Virus record (IMG/VR): IMGVR_UViG_3300019360_000001
DNA length: 64,000 bases
Direction: 5' to 3' (one strand)
Origin: a virus
Made by a program: the position numbers and the translations under genes. Shown here piece after piece: positions 38,580 through 49,052 of the stretch. Within the stretch, counting starts at the first letter, position 1, and every line of letters starts with the position of its first letter. The notes below the pieces were generated by a model that was not told where the DNA came from, ran no database searches, and saw only the letters and a list, made by a program, of their open reading frames with translations.

Positions 38580-39596
38580 ATGGAAGTCAAGGTTGACGGC
38601 AAAACCATTGCAAGTTTTAAAGACGATGCTACTAATGCAGATGTTCTGCTTAAGGCTACTGCTTCGGGAGACTCTGCGGAAGCATATAATGCTCGAAAAG
38701 CAATTGCTGCTGCGCTTGAACAAGCATGGCGAGCAGGCGTTCTAGAGCCAGACACTCTTGGTACTATTTTCCAACGAATTGATCTCCCTGGCGGAGTAGA
38801 TGCCAAGTTTCCACTTGATTTCTATTCTCCAGAAAAAGAAGGGAATTACAAAGGCTTTGTTGTTCCAAAGCAAGGAGCAATCCCTGATCAAATAATCGAA
38901 GGCGATGAAATTCGAGTTCCAACTTATAAGATTGCCAATGCAATTTCTTGGTCTCTTGATTATGCAAGAGATGCTCGTTGGGATGTTATTGCACGGGCAC
39001 TTGAAGTTTTTACTAACGGTTTCGTTCGCAAGATTAATGATGACGGTTGGCACGTAGTTCTAAAGGCTGGTAATACTAATTCTCAGTCAGTTGTTCAGGA
39101 CGCATCTGCATCGGCCGGCGAGTTTACTAAGGCTTTGCTCACAAATATGATGGTTAAGATGTTGCGTCAGACTGGCGGGCGAAATGCTCGTCTGACTGAC
39201 CTTTATCTTTCTCCAGAAGGTCTTGCAGATATTCTAAATTTTGATGATACTACTGTTGGTAGTATTTATCTCAATTCTCTACTCTTTAAGCGAGAAGATG
39301 AATTAACGTCATTGTTTGGGGTAAGACTTCATGAACTACAAGAACTTGGAGAAAGTCAGGAATATGAGTCTTTCCTAGTGACTACACTAGGTCGTGCTCA
39401 TACTGGTGGCGATCTTGAGTTCTGTGTAGGACTTGATTTACAACACCGAGATTCATTCGTAATGCCAGTTCGGCAAAATATGGAAATGTATGATGATCCA
39501 GCATTGCATCGTTCAATGAAGGCTGGGCTATACGGATGGTTAGAACTTGGAATGGCAGCACTTGATATTCGTAGAGCCATTATAGGTTCTTTCTAA
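38580..39596 (+). CDS. major capsid protein (HK97 fold)
   Basis: Position, 338 aa, strong codon bias, terminator after. Confidence 0.85.
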   Translation: MEVKVDGKTIASFKDDATNADVLLKATASGDSAEAYNARKAIAAALEQAWRAGVLEPDTLGTIFQRIDLPGGVDAKFPLDFYSPEKEGNYKGFVVPKQGAIPDQIIEGDEIRVPTYKIANAISWSLDYARDARWDVIARALEVFTNGFVRKINDDGWHVVLKAGNTNSQSVVQDASASAGEFTKALLTNMMVKMLRQTGGRNARLTDLYLSPEGLADILNFDDTTVGSIYLNSLLFKREDELTSLFGVRLHELQELGESQEYESFLVTTLGRAHTGGDLEFCVGLDLQHRDSFVMPVRQNMEMYDDPALHRSMKAGLYGWLELGMAALDIRRAIIGSF

Positions 39597-39613
39597 TAAT
39601 TAAGTCAATTAAA

Positions 39614-39649
39614 GAAATGCCCCGGATACCCGCCGGGGCTTCTTTTTTT
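39614..39649 (+). terminator. intrinsic terminator after MCP
   Basis: GCCCCGG-ATACCCG-CCGGGGC + TTCTTTTTTT. Confidence 0.85.
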
Positions 39650-39693
39650 GCCTCTTCTGTCAAGTTCGTAATATATATTAAAGGAGAGGGAAA

Positions 39694-41175
39694 TTGGCTA
39701 CAGAAGTTATAAAATCTATAAATCCTCTTGGCGGAGGGGATTATATAAGTTTAGCTGCTTGGGTTGCTGATAGACAAGGGGATTTGGTATCTAGAGATAC
39801 AATAGAAATTGCAGAAATATATGGTGGCGAATCTGTAGGAATATTAGACTTACAGGCATCAGGATGGACCACTAATTCAACGCATTATATTATTGTTAGA
39901 GCAGCATCAAATCAAGGTCACGACGGAATATTTAATATAAATAAAGCATATGTAAAAACAACATCTGGTCCTGCCATGGTTGTGGGGGTTCCTTATACTC
40001 GAATAGGGACCGGAATTTCAATAGAAACTACAGATTCATCTGTCACGGTTCCTTCTTTATATTGTGATGCCGGTACCGGAACTTGCATATTTGAAGGATT
40101 AATAGTAAGAAATCTCAATGGCTATACGGCTAGGATGTTTTCTTCTTCTCCGTTGGCGGCAAATGGAAATTTGGCCAGAAATTGTGTATTTTTACATGGA
40201 AATGGCAAAGAAACATATTGCATCGAAACCGGAGATATAAGCGGCACTACTCCTGGTGTTCATTTTACATTTTATAATTGTACAATAGTACAGCTTAGAC
40301 TAGATGAAGATTGCGTGTTTACTAGGGCATCTTCTCCTCCGTCTGATAATGCGGCTTTTGAAAATTGTTATTTTTATGGCAATGAAATAATATATGGTGG
40401 TAACGGTGGTACTATAAAAGGCGATAATGATGCAACTAGTAATAATGAAGCAAAGCAATCTGGCCTAAGAAATGTTCTTCTTAATACCGATAATTTTACT
40501 AATGTTGACTATAGTACATTTGATGCCAGAATAAAACCAGCCTCTGTTTTAGTTAAAGCCGGCAAAAACTTGTCTGCCGGTATTTTTGGCTTTGAAATAG
40601 ATTACGAAGAAGATCCCAGAGATGGCCCATTTGATATAGGCGCAGATGAAATATATCCAAATGAAATAGTAGATCTTATAGATATGATTCAGACAGATCT
40701 AGGGCTGGATTCTTCTTTTACAGAGTCAATGATTAATACTTTCATTATTAAAGCTATCAGAAGAATAAATAGGAGACTAGGCTTTACTGGGACAAGCAAT
40801 GAAATTTCAATTGATTTTGAAAGAAAACTAATAACTCCAACGCCAAACGATACAATACTTGATTTAATCATTATGCAAACGGAATGTTTAATAATGAAAA
40901 ATAAGTCAAGCAAAGCAGGAAGTTCGGGCATAAGACTTAAAGATGGAGATTCTGAAGTTGATTTGGGAGCAGGAGCCAAGGTTACTATTGATTTAACAAA
41001 TTCAATATGCAAAGAACTAAATGATGCAATTATAGAATATCTTTATAGAGCAACTCAGGGCGATGTAATATGGTATGGAAACAGAAGAATTACACAAGAT
41101 ATGGACCACGATAACGAGGGGGATGGATCAGAAAGAGATTTTAGTTCTCCGTTTGATAGTTCAAGAGGCGCATAA
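39694..41175 (+). CDS. virion protein: beta-helix (pectin-lyase-like) module fused to adaptor-like C-terminal domain
   Basis: GGGDYISLAAW module ending DIGADE; helical C-terminus; TTG start with AGGAG SD. Confidence 0.6.
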   Translation: MATEVIKSINPLGGGDYISLAAWVADRQGDLVSRDTIEIAEIYGGESVGILDLQASGWTTNSTHYIIVRAASNQGHDGIFNINKAYVKTTSGPAMVVGVPYTRIGTGISIETTDSSVTVPSLYCDAGTGTCIFEGLIVRNLNGYTARMFSSSPLAANGNLARNCVFLHGNGKETYCIETGDISGTTPGVHFTFYNCTIVQLRLDEDCVFTRASSPPSDNAAFENCYFYGNEIIYGGNGGTIKGDNDATSNNEAKQSGLRNVLLNTDNFTNVDYSTFDARIKPASVLVKAGKNLSAGIFGFEIDYEEDPRDGPFDIGADEIYPNEIVDLIDMIQTDLGLDSSFTESMINTFIIKAIRRINRRLGFTGTSNEISIDFERKLITPTPNDTILDLIIMQTECLIMKNKSSKAGSSGIRLKDGDSEVDLGAGAKVTIDLTNSICKELNDAIIEYLYRATQGDVIWYGNRRITQDMDHDNEGDGSERDFSSPFDSSRGA

Positions 41176-42536
41176 TGCCAGATCCTTTTTATGCATCACT
41201 TAGACCAAAGGGCGGAAGCCCTTATAATAAAAGAGAATTATTATTTGGTAGCGGATTATTCGTTAATCAAGTAGGTACTAGAATTTATATTGATTTAAAT
41301 TCTCAGTCTTTTGTTTCTGGAGTAATCGGTCCACAAGGTCCATCAGGAAATCAAGGCATTCAAGGATTACAAGGAATTCAGGGAATAGCAGGACAAGACG
41401 GAGAAGATGGGCAAGATGGAGCAACAGGATCTCAAGGCCCTACAGGTCCTTCTGGTGCAATTGGACCACAAGGTGATCAAGGAATTCAAGGGCTACAAGG
41501 TATACAAGGCAACCAAGGGATTCAAGGTATCCAAGGAGTTGCTGGACCATCTGGTTTAAGCACAGCAGACCCACAACTAAGAGAAGATTTTACTAATGCT
41601 TCTGGAGTATGGGTGAAAGATGGAACTAATCTTGGACTTGGCAAAAAAGTTTTCAAGCAAAAAAACGCCTTAAATAACTTAGAATTTAGAACTATAATTG
41701 CTGGGAGCGGTATACAGTTAACTGAAAATAGCAATGATATTGTATTTGACAATACCTTAGTTGATGATCTTGCATTAACAGATAGTATAGCAACAAAACT
41801 ACGTACTGATTTTAGTAATGCATCTGGCCTATGGATAAAAACAGCTAGCAATATTGGTTCTTCAGGTATTGGTCTATTCAAGCAAAAATATGGCTCCAAT
41901 CTTGAATTCAAGAAAATAGTTGCTGAATCTAACATTACTATAACAGAAAATACTAGTTCTTTGACATTTAATAGTGATGACACAAGCAAAATTAGTACAT
42001 CTTCTAATTCTGGCTCTGGAATTACAATTGCCAAAACAAAGCTTGGAACAGATTTGCCATTTAAATCATTAGTTGGCGGTGATGCTTGTACAGTAAATAG
42101 TCAAGAAAACGAGATTGTTGTTAATTGTGGACAAGATCAATTTACTATTATAGGAGCTTCAACATCTTGGCCATTGCAACCTTCTACTTTACAAGAATTT
42201 TCTAATAATAATCAAAGAAGAATAACAGTTGATTTGATAAATTATAAAAAGTTTAGAATATTAGCTAATGTAAATACTACTGGCTCTGCTTCTTCTGTAT
42301 TAGGCATTCAATATTCATTAGATGGTGGATCTACGTGGAAAGGAATGAACAACGGAACATCAGGTTCTAATAGTACAACAACGCTTTCTTTAAATGGGAC
42401 GGGATCAAAAGTGAGTTCTTGGGCAAATATATCATCTGAGGCCATTACGTATAATATTCTAGTAAGAATAGCTGGATCTGGCGGCAATTCTCTTGCTAGT
42501 CCGGCAGTGACTTTATTTGCTATACAATTCAAGTAA
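41175..42536 (+). CDS. collagen-like fibre protein
   Basis: 27 Gly-X-Y triplets plus three fibre repeats (LEFRTIIAGSGI / LEFKKIVAESNI / LPFKSLVGGDAC). Confidence 0.8.
   Translation: MPDPFYASLRPKGGSPYNKRELLFGSGLFVNQVGTRIYIDLNSQSFVSGVIGPQGPSGNQGIQGLQGIQGIAGQDGEDGQDGATGSQGPTGPSGAIGPQGDQGIQGLQGIQGNQGIQGIQGVAGPSGLSTADPQLREDFTNASGVWVKDGTNLGLGKKVFKQKNALNNLEFRTIIAGSGIQLTENSNDIVFDNTLVDDLALTDSIATKLRTDFSNASGLWIKTASNIGSSGIGLFKQKYGSNLEFKKIVAESNITITENTSSLTFNSDDTSKISTSSNSGSGITIAKTKLGTDLPFKSLVGGDACTVNSQENEIVVNCGQDQFTIIGASTSWPLQPSTLQEFSNNNQRRITVDLINYKKFRILANVNTTGSASSVLGIQYSLDGGSTWKGMNNGTSGSNSTTTLSLNGTGSKVSSWANISSEAITYNILVRIAGSGGNSLASPAVTLFAIQFK
41319..41561 (+). repeat. collagen Gly-X-Y repeat (27 triplets)
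   Basis: GVI GPQ GPS GNQ GIQ ... GPS GLS. Confidence 0.9.
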
Positions 42537-42546
42537 TAAGGTATTT

Positions 42547-44610
42547 ATGGCAACTATAATAGAAAAATTTATAGACCCAACAGGAGCCGGAGATTATGTA
42601 ACATTATCAGGTTGGGCTGCTGATAGAGTGGGAAATATAGTGTCACGAGACACTATAGAAATAGCCTCTATTAGAGGCGGTGGATCGGTTGGAGATGTGC
42701 ATTTAGGATCTGGCCACGGATGGGTTACAGATGAAGATCACTATATACACATAAGAGCAGCTTCTGGTCATGAACATCCAGGCTGTTTTGATAACACTAA
42801 AGCATTTATAAATGGCCGTAGAGATATTCCTATTTTTTGTCAGGTTGGATTTACTAGAATAGGCCCTGGAATTTCTATATACAATAATTTTGATAATCCA
42901 GATATTCCTGAGCATCCGGCATACGGAATGGCAATACACCAAGTTCATGAAGATAAACCATGCGTTGTTGATGGTTTGGCAATAAAACTAGATATTAGTT
43001 CTGTTGGAATTCTTGTTGAATGGTGCTACGGAGAAAGAGGCCACTTTATAAAAAACTGCACTATAGTTGGAGATTCTAATCCAATAACTGCAATAAGAGT
43101 TACTAATGCTAAAGCCACTGTTTATAATTGTGCATTAATTTCTAATGGTGGAATAGGATTACAAGGTGACAATGACGGAGGAGTTTTTGAGCCTATTTTT
43201 GGTCCCGCTGCCCCAGGAATTGTAATATCAGAAAATAATTATATTAGCGCAACTTCTGGCTATGTTGCTTTTGGCTCTGGTAGCTTTTTCGTTAAAGGAC
43301 AAAGCGATGTTACTTCTACAAATGAAGCAGTTAATCCATCTTATAGAAATATAGCCTATCAAGATGCTGGATTTTTGAATCCGTTTGCTGGTTCAGGAAC
43401 AGGATTACAAGAAAGAACTTGGCAAGATTTGCATTTAATTAAAACATCTTTCTTGAGAGGCAAGGGCGTTGATTTAAGAGAGAATGAAAACCCAGAAGCC
43501 AATGTTTTAACAGACATGGATGGATTTACAAGACCAGAAACGCCAGATGTGGGAGCATTACAATTCAAGGTGCCGCAAAAAATAATAAAAACCATTAAGC
43601 CATCTGGCGGAGATTATACTACTATTAATGCTTGGGAACAAGATAGGAGAGGTAATTTAGCAAGGCGAAATTCTATAGAAATTGCTGAGATATATTCTGG
43701 TACTAATAATGTTGGCTTAAGAATGTTGGCTGGTAATTGGGGAGTAAATTTACAGTCATATCCTGTTATTAGGGCTGCAACTGGACATTCTCATTCTGGG
43801 GTATTTGATGCAAATAAGGCTTATATTAAAAATAGTACTTCTATAAAAGAAGCAATATTCTGTACAGTTGGACATACACATATTGGTCCAGGACTTTCTA
43901 TTGAAAATAGTTTTTATACTGGGGTTTCGGAAGATCCTTATTGTATAAGAGCGTCTGGACTCATTAGAGGTGGACCATTTATTATAGAGCAGTGTTGTTT
44001 AAAAAATGCCGTAGAAAAAAACAATACAAAGATGGTTAAATCGGAAATTTGTTTTTACGACCCTAGTTTTCCTCATATTATTAAAAATTGTCAAATTTTT
44101 ACTGCTGGAGGGGACACAACTGCCCAAGGGCTATTATTGCACGGCTCAAAATGGAAAGTATATAATAATATTATTTATACATTTGGGTCCTTGGCAACTG
44201 CAATTATATCAGATGGCGGAGAATTAAAATGTGAAAACAATTATATTGCTTGTAATAGAAAATCCTATGATGTGCAGGGCGGCGGCACAATAATTAAAGG
44301 ATTTAGGGATGCGACACAAAATGATGAGGCACTAAATCCCAGTTTAAGCGGTATTTTACGTATAAATAGTGTTTTCCTTGATGCTGATCCAATAGGCTAT
44401 CCTAATGTTGCACCTAATAACTATTTGCCGTTAGGATCTCCTTTAAGGGCTTCTGGCATAAACTTAAGTAATCAACATAGAGAATATCTATCGGTCGTAA
44501 AAGATATAAGGGGAAAATTAAGAACGGTTCCCTATGATATAGGAGCCTTTGAGGCTACTAATCCAGGAGAGGAATCGGTATCAACAGATAACTTTTTTGT
44601 ATTATTTTAG
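42547..44610 (+). CDS. virion protein with two tandem beta-helix modules
   Basis: GDYVTLSGW...DVGALQ and GDYTTINAW...DIGAFE. Confidence 0.7.
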   Translation: MATIIEKFIDPTGAGDYVTLSGWAADRVGNIVSRDTIEIASIRGGGSVGDVHLGSGHGWVTDEDHYIHIRAASGHEHPGCFDNTKAFINGRRDIPIFCQVGFTRIGPGISIYNNFDNPDIPEHPAYGMAIHQVHEDKPCVVDGLAIKLDISSVGILVEWCYGERGHFIKNCTIVGDSNPITAIRVTNAKATVYNCALISNGGIGLQGDNDGGVFEPIFGPAAPGIVISENNYISATSGYVAFGSGSFFVKGQSDVTSTNEAVNPSYRNIAYQDAGFLNPFAGSGTGLQERTWQDLHLIKTSFLRGKGVDLRENENPEANVLTDMDGFTRPETPDVGALQFKVPQKIIKTIKPSGGDYTTINAWEQDRRGNLARRNSIEIAEIYSGTNNVGLRMLAGNWGVNLQSYPVIRAATGHSHSGVFDANKAYIKNSTSIKEAIFCTVGHTHIGPGLSIENSFYTGVSEDPYCIRASGLIRGGPFIIEQCCLKNAVEKNNTKMVKSEICFYDPSFPHIIKNCQIFTAGGDTTAQGLLLHGSKWKVYNNIIYTFGSLATAIISDGGELKCENNYIACNRKSYDVQGGGTIIKGFRDATQNDEALNPSLSGILRINSVFLDADPIGYPNVAPNNYLPLGSPLRASGINLSNQHREYLSVVKDIRGKLRTVPYDIGAFEATNPGEESVSTDNFFVLF

Positions 44611-44619
44611 GGGGATATA

Positions 44620-45123
44620 ATGAGCTTACTGCCTTATGATAAAGGATCAACCGGAAGGTATCTAGTTATAGATCCTTCTGGCAGAGTTGTTACTACATCT
44701 GACCCTGCCGGAGGTCTTTATCCTCTAGGATTTGGAAGTACTGGGCGGGCAGTGATGGTAGATGCTTCTGGAAGATTAGTTACTTCTCCAGAAAGTTCTT
44801 TGCCAAGTGTATTAAGCTCTAATTTTGTTGAGTTGCCATCTGCAACCGGAATAACAGTAAATCTTAATGATGGTAATAATTACTTTGTTGACTTAGAACA
44901 TGATACTACGCTTACTTTAAACAATCCTACTGATGGTGCAACTTATAGATTTGTCTTTAGAAACAATGGTACATCAGATGTAACCTTTCCTGCTGCCGTT
45001 GCATTTAAAGGCGCCATAGAACCAGCACTAACACAAGTTTCTGGCGCACTTGATTTAGTTTCATTACTTTATGTTGGTCCAATTTCTACATATATTGGCG
45101 ATACCTCAACCGACTTTTCTTAA
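44620..45123 (+). CDS. virion appendage protein
   Basis: Internal repeat GSTGR..V.D.SGR.VT; C-terminal domain paralogous to 46138..46593. Confidence 0.6.
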   Translation: MSLLPYDKGSTGRYLVIDPSGRVVTTSDPAGGLYPLGFGSTGRAVMVDASGRLVTSPESSLPSVLSSNFVELPSATGITVNLNDGNNYFVDLEHDTTLTLNNPTDGATYRFVFRNNGTSDVTFPAAVAFKGAIEPALTQVSGALDLVSLLYVGPISTYIGDTSTDFS

Positions 45124-45136
45124 CTGTGAATAAAAA

Positions 45137-46138
45137 ATGCCAACTACTATAATAAAGACAATAAAACCAGGAGGCGGAGGAGATTATACATCATTAGCCG
45201 CATGGGAAGCAGACAGGCGTGGTAATATAATTACAAGGGACACAATAGAAGTAGCAGAGTGTTATAGTGGCAATTTAGGAACGCTATCTTTGGCAGATGC
45301 AAACTGGACGGTTGACTCTACACATTATGTTATTGTAAGACCTGCAACGGACCATGAACACAGAGGATTTTTTGACACAGGAAGAGCATATGTTAGTGTT
45401 TCTTCTGGAAACGGAATTTTAGTTACTGTTAAATATACAAGACTTTCAGGACTTTCTATAGAAAGCACAAGTAGCTCAACCGGAGATGCGGCAATAAATT
45501 TTTCGCCACTTTTCGGAAAGGGAATCATGGATTCTTGTATTTGTAGGAATCCTACCGGATATGCAATAAGAGCATTTTCTGATCTAAGATCAGGCGGAGA
45601 AACAAACGAAATTAGAAACTGTGTTTTCCTACATGATTCATCTGGCGATCAAGACTGCGTAGATACAGGTGATCCTTTTGGAGATAATCCTGGAATCGTT
45701 GCAAATTTTTATAATTGTACTATTATTAATTTTAGAGATTCAAGACATAATATAAATGTAAGAGCATCAAGCCCTGTTTCTGATAATGTTAAATTACAAA
45801 ATTGTTATTTATATCAACAGACTGGTGGTGTTGGCATTAATTATGGCGGAAACGGAGTCATACTCAAAGGATCAACTGACGCAACCAATAATACAGAGGC
45901 AACTAGTGTAGCACTAAGAAATATAGCGCTTAGTACAGCTAATTTTACTAATGTTTCTTATTCTACTTTCGACGCACACTTAGCAGAAGATTCTGCATTA
46001 ATAGACGAAGGAACAAATTTGTCTGCTCAAGGCGTAACAACTGACTTTGAAGGAGATACTCGTTCAGGTTCTTTTGACATAGGAGCCGACGAGGTTCCAG
46101 ATACGGGCGGAATTTCGCTTGGACTGTGGGGTGTTTAA
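45137..46138 (+). CDS. virion protein, single beta-helix module
   Basis: GGGGDYTSLAAW...DIGADE, close paralog of the 39694 N-terminus. Confidence 0.7.
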   Translation: MPTTIIKTIKPGGGGDYTSLAAWEADRRGNIITRDTIEVAECYSGNLGTLSLADANWTVDSTHYVIVRPATDHEHRGFFDTGRAYVSVSSGNGILVTVKYTRLSGLSIESTSSSTGDAAINFSPLFGKGIMDSCICRNPTGYAIRAFSDLRSGGETNEIRNCVFLHDSSGDQDCVDTGDPFGDNPGIVANFYNCTIINFRDSRHNINVRASSPVSDNVKLQNCYLYQQTGGVGINYGGNGVILKGSTDATNNTEATSVALRNIALSTANFTNVSYSTFDAHLAEDSALIDEGTNLSAQGVTTDFEGDTRSGSFDIGADEVPDTGGISLGLWGV

Positions 46139-46593
46139 TGTCTTTAAATGATAGGCTTTTTGTATATTCAAATCTTTATCCTGGCAATAGTAAACGAAAA
46201 TTAATGCCAGGATCTGGGGTTTCTTTCAGCGAGAATGAATCAACACAAGAAGTTTTTATTAACACAGAGATTAAAAGTGTTGATCTTCAGCCAATAAATA
46301 TAGTAACATTTAACGATCCTGTTAACATTGATTTAAGTTTAGGCAATATTTATAAACTTGTGTTAAGTGGTGACACTACAATTACTTTTAGTGCGCCACA
46401 ATCGGCGAAATACATACTGATCATAAAACAAGGAGTTGGCGGAAATGATGTTACTTGGCCTGTAAATGTTTTGTGGGCAGGTGGAATTACGCCAACATTG
46501 ACACAGCCAGCAAATTCTGTAGATGTATTTTCTTTCTATTATGACTCTATGGACGATGTATTTTATGCTGGATCATTGCAAGATTTGCAGTAA
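46138..46593 (+). CDS. virion appendage protein
   Basis: IDLSLGN...VTWP..V.WAGG..PTLT...VDVFSF fibre-tip-like domain. Confidence 0.6.
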   Translation: MSLNDRLFVYSNLYPGNSKRKLMPGSGVSFSENESTQEVFINTEIKSVDLQPINIVTFNDPVNIDLSLGNIYKLVLSGDTTITFSAPQSAKYILIIKQGVGGNDVTWPVNVLWAGGITPTLTQPANSVDVFSFYYDSMDDVFYAGSLQDLQ

Positions 46594-46601
46594 GGTGAAA
46601 T

Positions 46602-47138
46602 ATGGGACAGGAAAATTTACCAAGTCCAGGTCTTTATATAACAGACGCAATATCGGATTTATACACAGACAATATTAAACAATTAATTGCTGATGCTGGC
46701 AGAATAGTTACATTATATTTGCCTCCGATTGGTTCTGGTTGTCCAAACTGTTTACAAGCATTTGATGATAGTTCTCAAGGAATATATAATAGCGCAAATC
46801 CATTTACAGTTGGCGGACCTTTACATAAGCCATTTGCTACCGGAATGACTTGCCCGGTTTGCAAAGGTACTAATGAAATTAAAACTACACAGTCAATATC
46901 TTATACAGCACTAATAGCCAGAAATTTTAAAGATTTGCAGTTTTCTGCCATAGGAAAAGATTTTGAACCTAATAATGTATATAGAACAAAAATGGATAAA
47001 GTTGCAATTGAAGATTTAAAAATAGCAGATAAGGCAAAAATAGATGGAGATATTTGTGTTAGAATTTCTGATCCTGTTTTGCGAGGATTAAGGGATTTGG
47101 CTTTTGTACAATGTTTTTGGTATAAAATGGACCGCTAA
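46602..47138 (+). CDS. putative head-closure / neck protein
   Basis: Position; CPNC...CPVC. Confidence 0.5.
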   Translation: MGQENLPSPGLYITDAISDLYTDNIKQLIADAGRIVTLYLPPIGSGCPNCLQAFDDSSQGIYNSANPFTVGGPLHKPFATGMTCPVCKGTNEIKTTQSISYTALIARNFKDLQFSAIGKDFEPNNVYRTKMDKVAIEDLKIADKAKIDGDICVRISDPVLRGLRDLAFVQCFWYKMDR

Positions 47139-47776
47139 TGGCTAAGATAAGAGTTTTAAATAGCAGAGAATTAGATCTACAAATACAAAATGCCATTAAG
47201 AGCAAAATGGAGGGGGTTTTTACAAAGGCACAATCTTTGTTAATTGAACAAGCAAAAGTATATAGAGATGCTTTTGCTAATAGTGCAGAATTCAATAACA
47301 TGAAGACTAAACTAGTTGGGGAATTTGGATTTACGCCAGATGAGCTTGCCGGTCTAGATAAAGTCCTAGATTTATTAATGCCACAAAATGAAGTAACTAC
47401 ATCTTTTTTGGACACTGTTGGCTCCACAAAGTTTTTGATATTAGAATGGGTAGATTATCAGAAATTAAAAACACATCCATTGGTGCAACATCCATTAACT
47501 AAATTAGACAAATTTGGAAAAGTAGTTAGCGTAACCGATGTTATTTCTTGGGTAGAATGGCTAGAAGAAGGGGTTACTGTTGCTGGATATAGCTTTTTTA
47601 GGCCAAATAATAAAAACATTGATAGATCAAGAAGCAAACAAGGACTTATGAGAAAGTCAAATGGGTTTTTCGTAATAGATCCAACAAGAATATTTGAAAA
47701 AATAGGCAATGAAGCAAACAATAAAGTTTTGCGCCGTGGTTTTGGGGCACTTGTCCGGAAAGTAGGGAGACAATGA
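47138..47776 (+). CDS. putative neck / tail-completion protein
   Basis: Position; WVEWL, SRSKQGLM. Confidence 0.45.
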   Translation: MAKIRVLNSRELDLQIQNAIKSKMEGVFTKAQSLLIEQAKVYRDAFANSAEFNNMKTKLVGEFGFTPDELAGLDKVLDLLMPQNEVTTSFLDTVGSTKFLILEWVDYQKLKTHPLVQHPLTKLDKFGKVVSVTDVISWVEWLEEGVTVAGYSFFRPNNKNIDRSRSKQGLMRKSNGFFVIDPTRIFEKIGNEANNKVLRRGFGALVRKVGRQ

Positions 47777-48639
47777 ATACTTTTGGTCTAAGTGCGCAAA
47801 CTAGATTTAATATAAAATCAACATTAGATTTGCTTTTTATTAATAATGGACTTTATGTAAATGTAGCAAGTGGGCAATATGATGTTAGTGGCGACAGAGC
47901 TGATTTTTTAAAAAGAGTATCGTCAACACTTTATGAAAGTCCGTTTGATAACTGGATTTATGAATCAGATGCTTCTGGTATTTCTCCTTATCAGCCAGAA
48001 GTTGCCTCTGGTGTCTATATAAATGGTGCGTTCAATCAAAAGGGAAGCGGTGTTTATAAGCCAAGAATAGACTATAGAAACGGTAGAGTATTTTTTGATA
48101 ATCCTGTACCTGCGAATAGCATAATTACTGCTAAATTTTCCTATAAGGGCGTAAGAAACGATTTCCCGGACTCTAGGAAGGTAAATTGGATATTTTCCAA
48201 ACTTAAAGATGCAATAGACTTTACAGAAAACGTATATCCTTCTGGATTTCAGAGACAGCTCCCCGCTGTCATAATAGACGTACAAAAGAGATTTTCTAGG
48301 CCATTTGCTATAGGCGGAGCTAAAAATCATAACACTTTAGTTGTTTTACATGTTTTGGCCAATTCTAATAATAGCCTAGAACGTATAAATGATTTACTTA
48401 CAGAAGAGTCATTTAGGAAGCCAATAAAAGCAATAAATTTTAATAAAATACCAGTATTATTCACCAATAAAGGCGATTTAGCAACGACTTATAAACCATT
48501 TACACAGTTACAGGGAGATTTAGCATTTGAGGCCCCTAAATTGTATATTGATAAAGCCGAACTTATTAGTGTTAATGAAATAAGAGGTGTTTGGATAAGC
48601 AGAGTAGACTGGACTGTAACTAGCTATCATTTGCCCTAA
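47773..48639 (+). CDS. putative tail terminator protein
   Basis: QLPAVIID...PFAIGG...LHVLA; precedes tail tube. Confidence 0.55.
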   Translation: MNTFGLSAQTRFNIKSTLDLLFINNGLYVNVASGQYDVSGDRADFLKRVSSTLYESPFDNWIYESDASGISPYQPEVASGVYINGAFNQKGSGVYKPRIDYRNGRVFFDNPVPANSIITAKFSYKGVRNDFPDSRKVNWIFSKLKDAIDFTENVYPSGFQRQLPAVIIDVQKRFSRPFAIGGAKNHNTLVVLHVLANSNNSLERINDLLTEESFRKPIKAINFNKIPVLFTNKGDLATTYKPFTQLQGDLAFEAPKLYIDKAELISVNEIRGVWISRVDWTVTSYHLP

Positions 48640-48702
48640 TTCTAGTCTGGTCATGACGTATTCTATATAGCAATATATTAAATAAGTTAAGTGGATAATT
48701 GA

Positions 48703-49040
48703 ATGTCTAAATGTTTATGGTGTCTTAACGAGTTTGAGCCAAATAGATGTACGCAGAAGCATTGTTCTAAAAAATGCAAACAAAAGGTTGATAATAAAGA
48801 GTTTTGTAGAAAAGCTATGGAAATGGTAAGATTCATAGAAAAGGCAATGTAAGTAATAAATCTGGACGAAAATGCAATACCAGAGTTTACTTGGATGCCA
48901 TTGAGAATATACAAAATGGAGAGTATCAAATACTTTGTATGAACTGCAACTTTGCAAAAAGAACTAGCAAAGAGTGTCCGTGTAAAAAAAATAAAAGATT
49001 GTTAGTATCTAGTTATTACGAAGACTATATAAGAGAATAA
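48703..49040 (+). pseudogene. decayed Zn-finger/HNH endonuclease
   Basis: MSKCLWC...HCSKKC, stop, later YQILCMNCNFAK...CP matching the end of 59788..60420. Confidence 0.7.
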
Positions 49041-49052
49041 TGGAGGTTTATA

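Noticed and set aside
41319-41561. GPSG in the collagen tract as support for the SG motif
   Set aside because: Gly every third residue is forced by collagen, so these sites were excluded from the argument.
39694-46138. Diversity-generating retroelement behind the repeated modules
   Set aside because: No reverse transcriptase in the window, and the copies differ at all bases rather than only at adenines.
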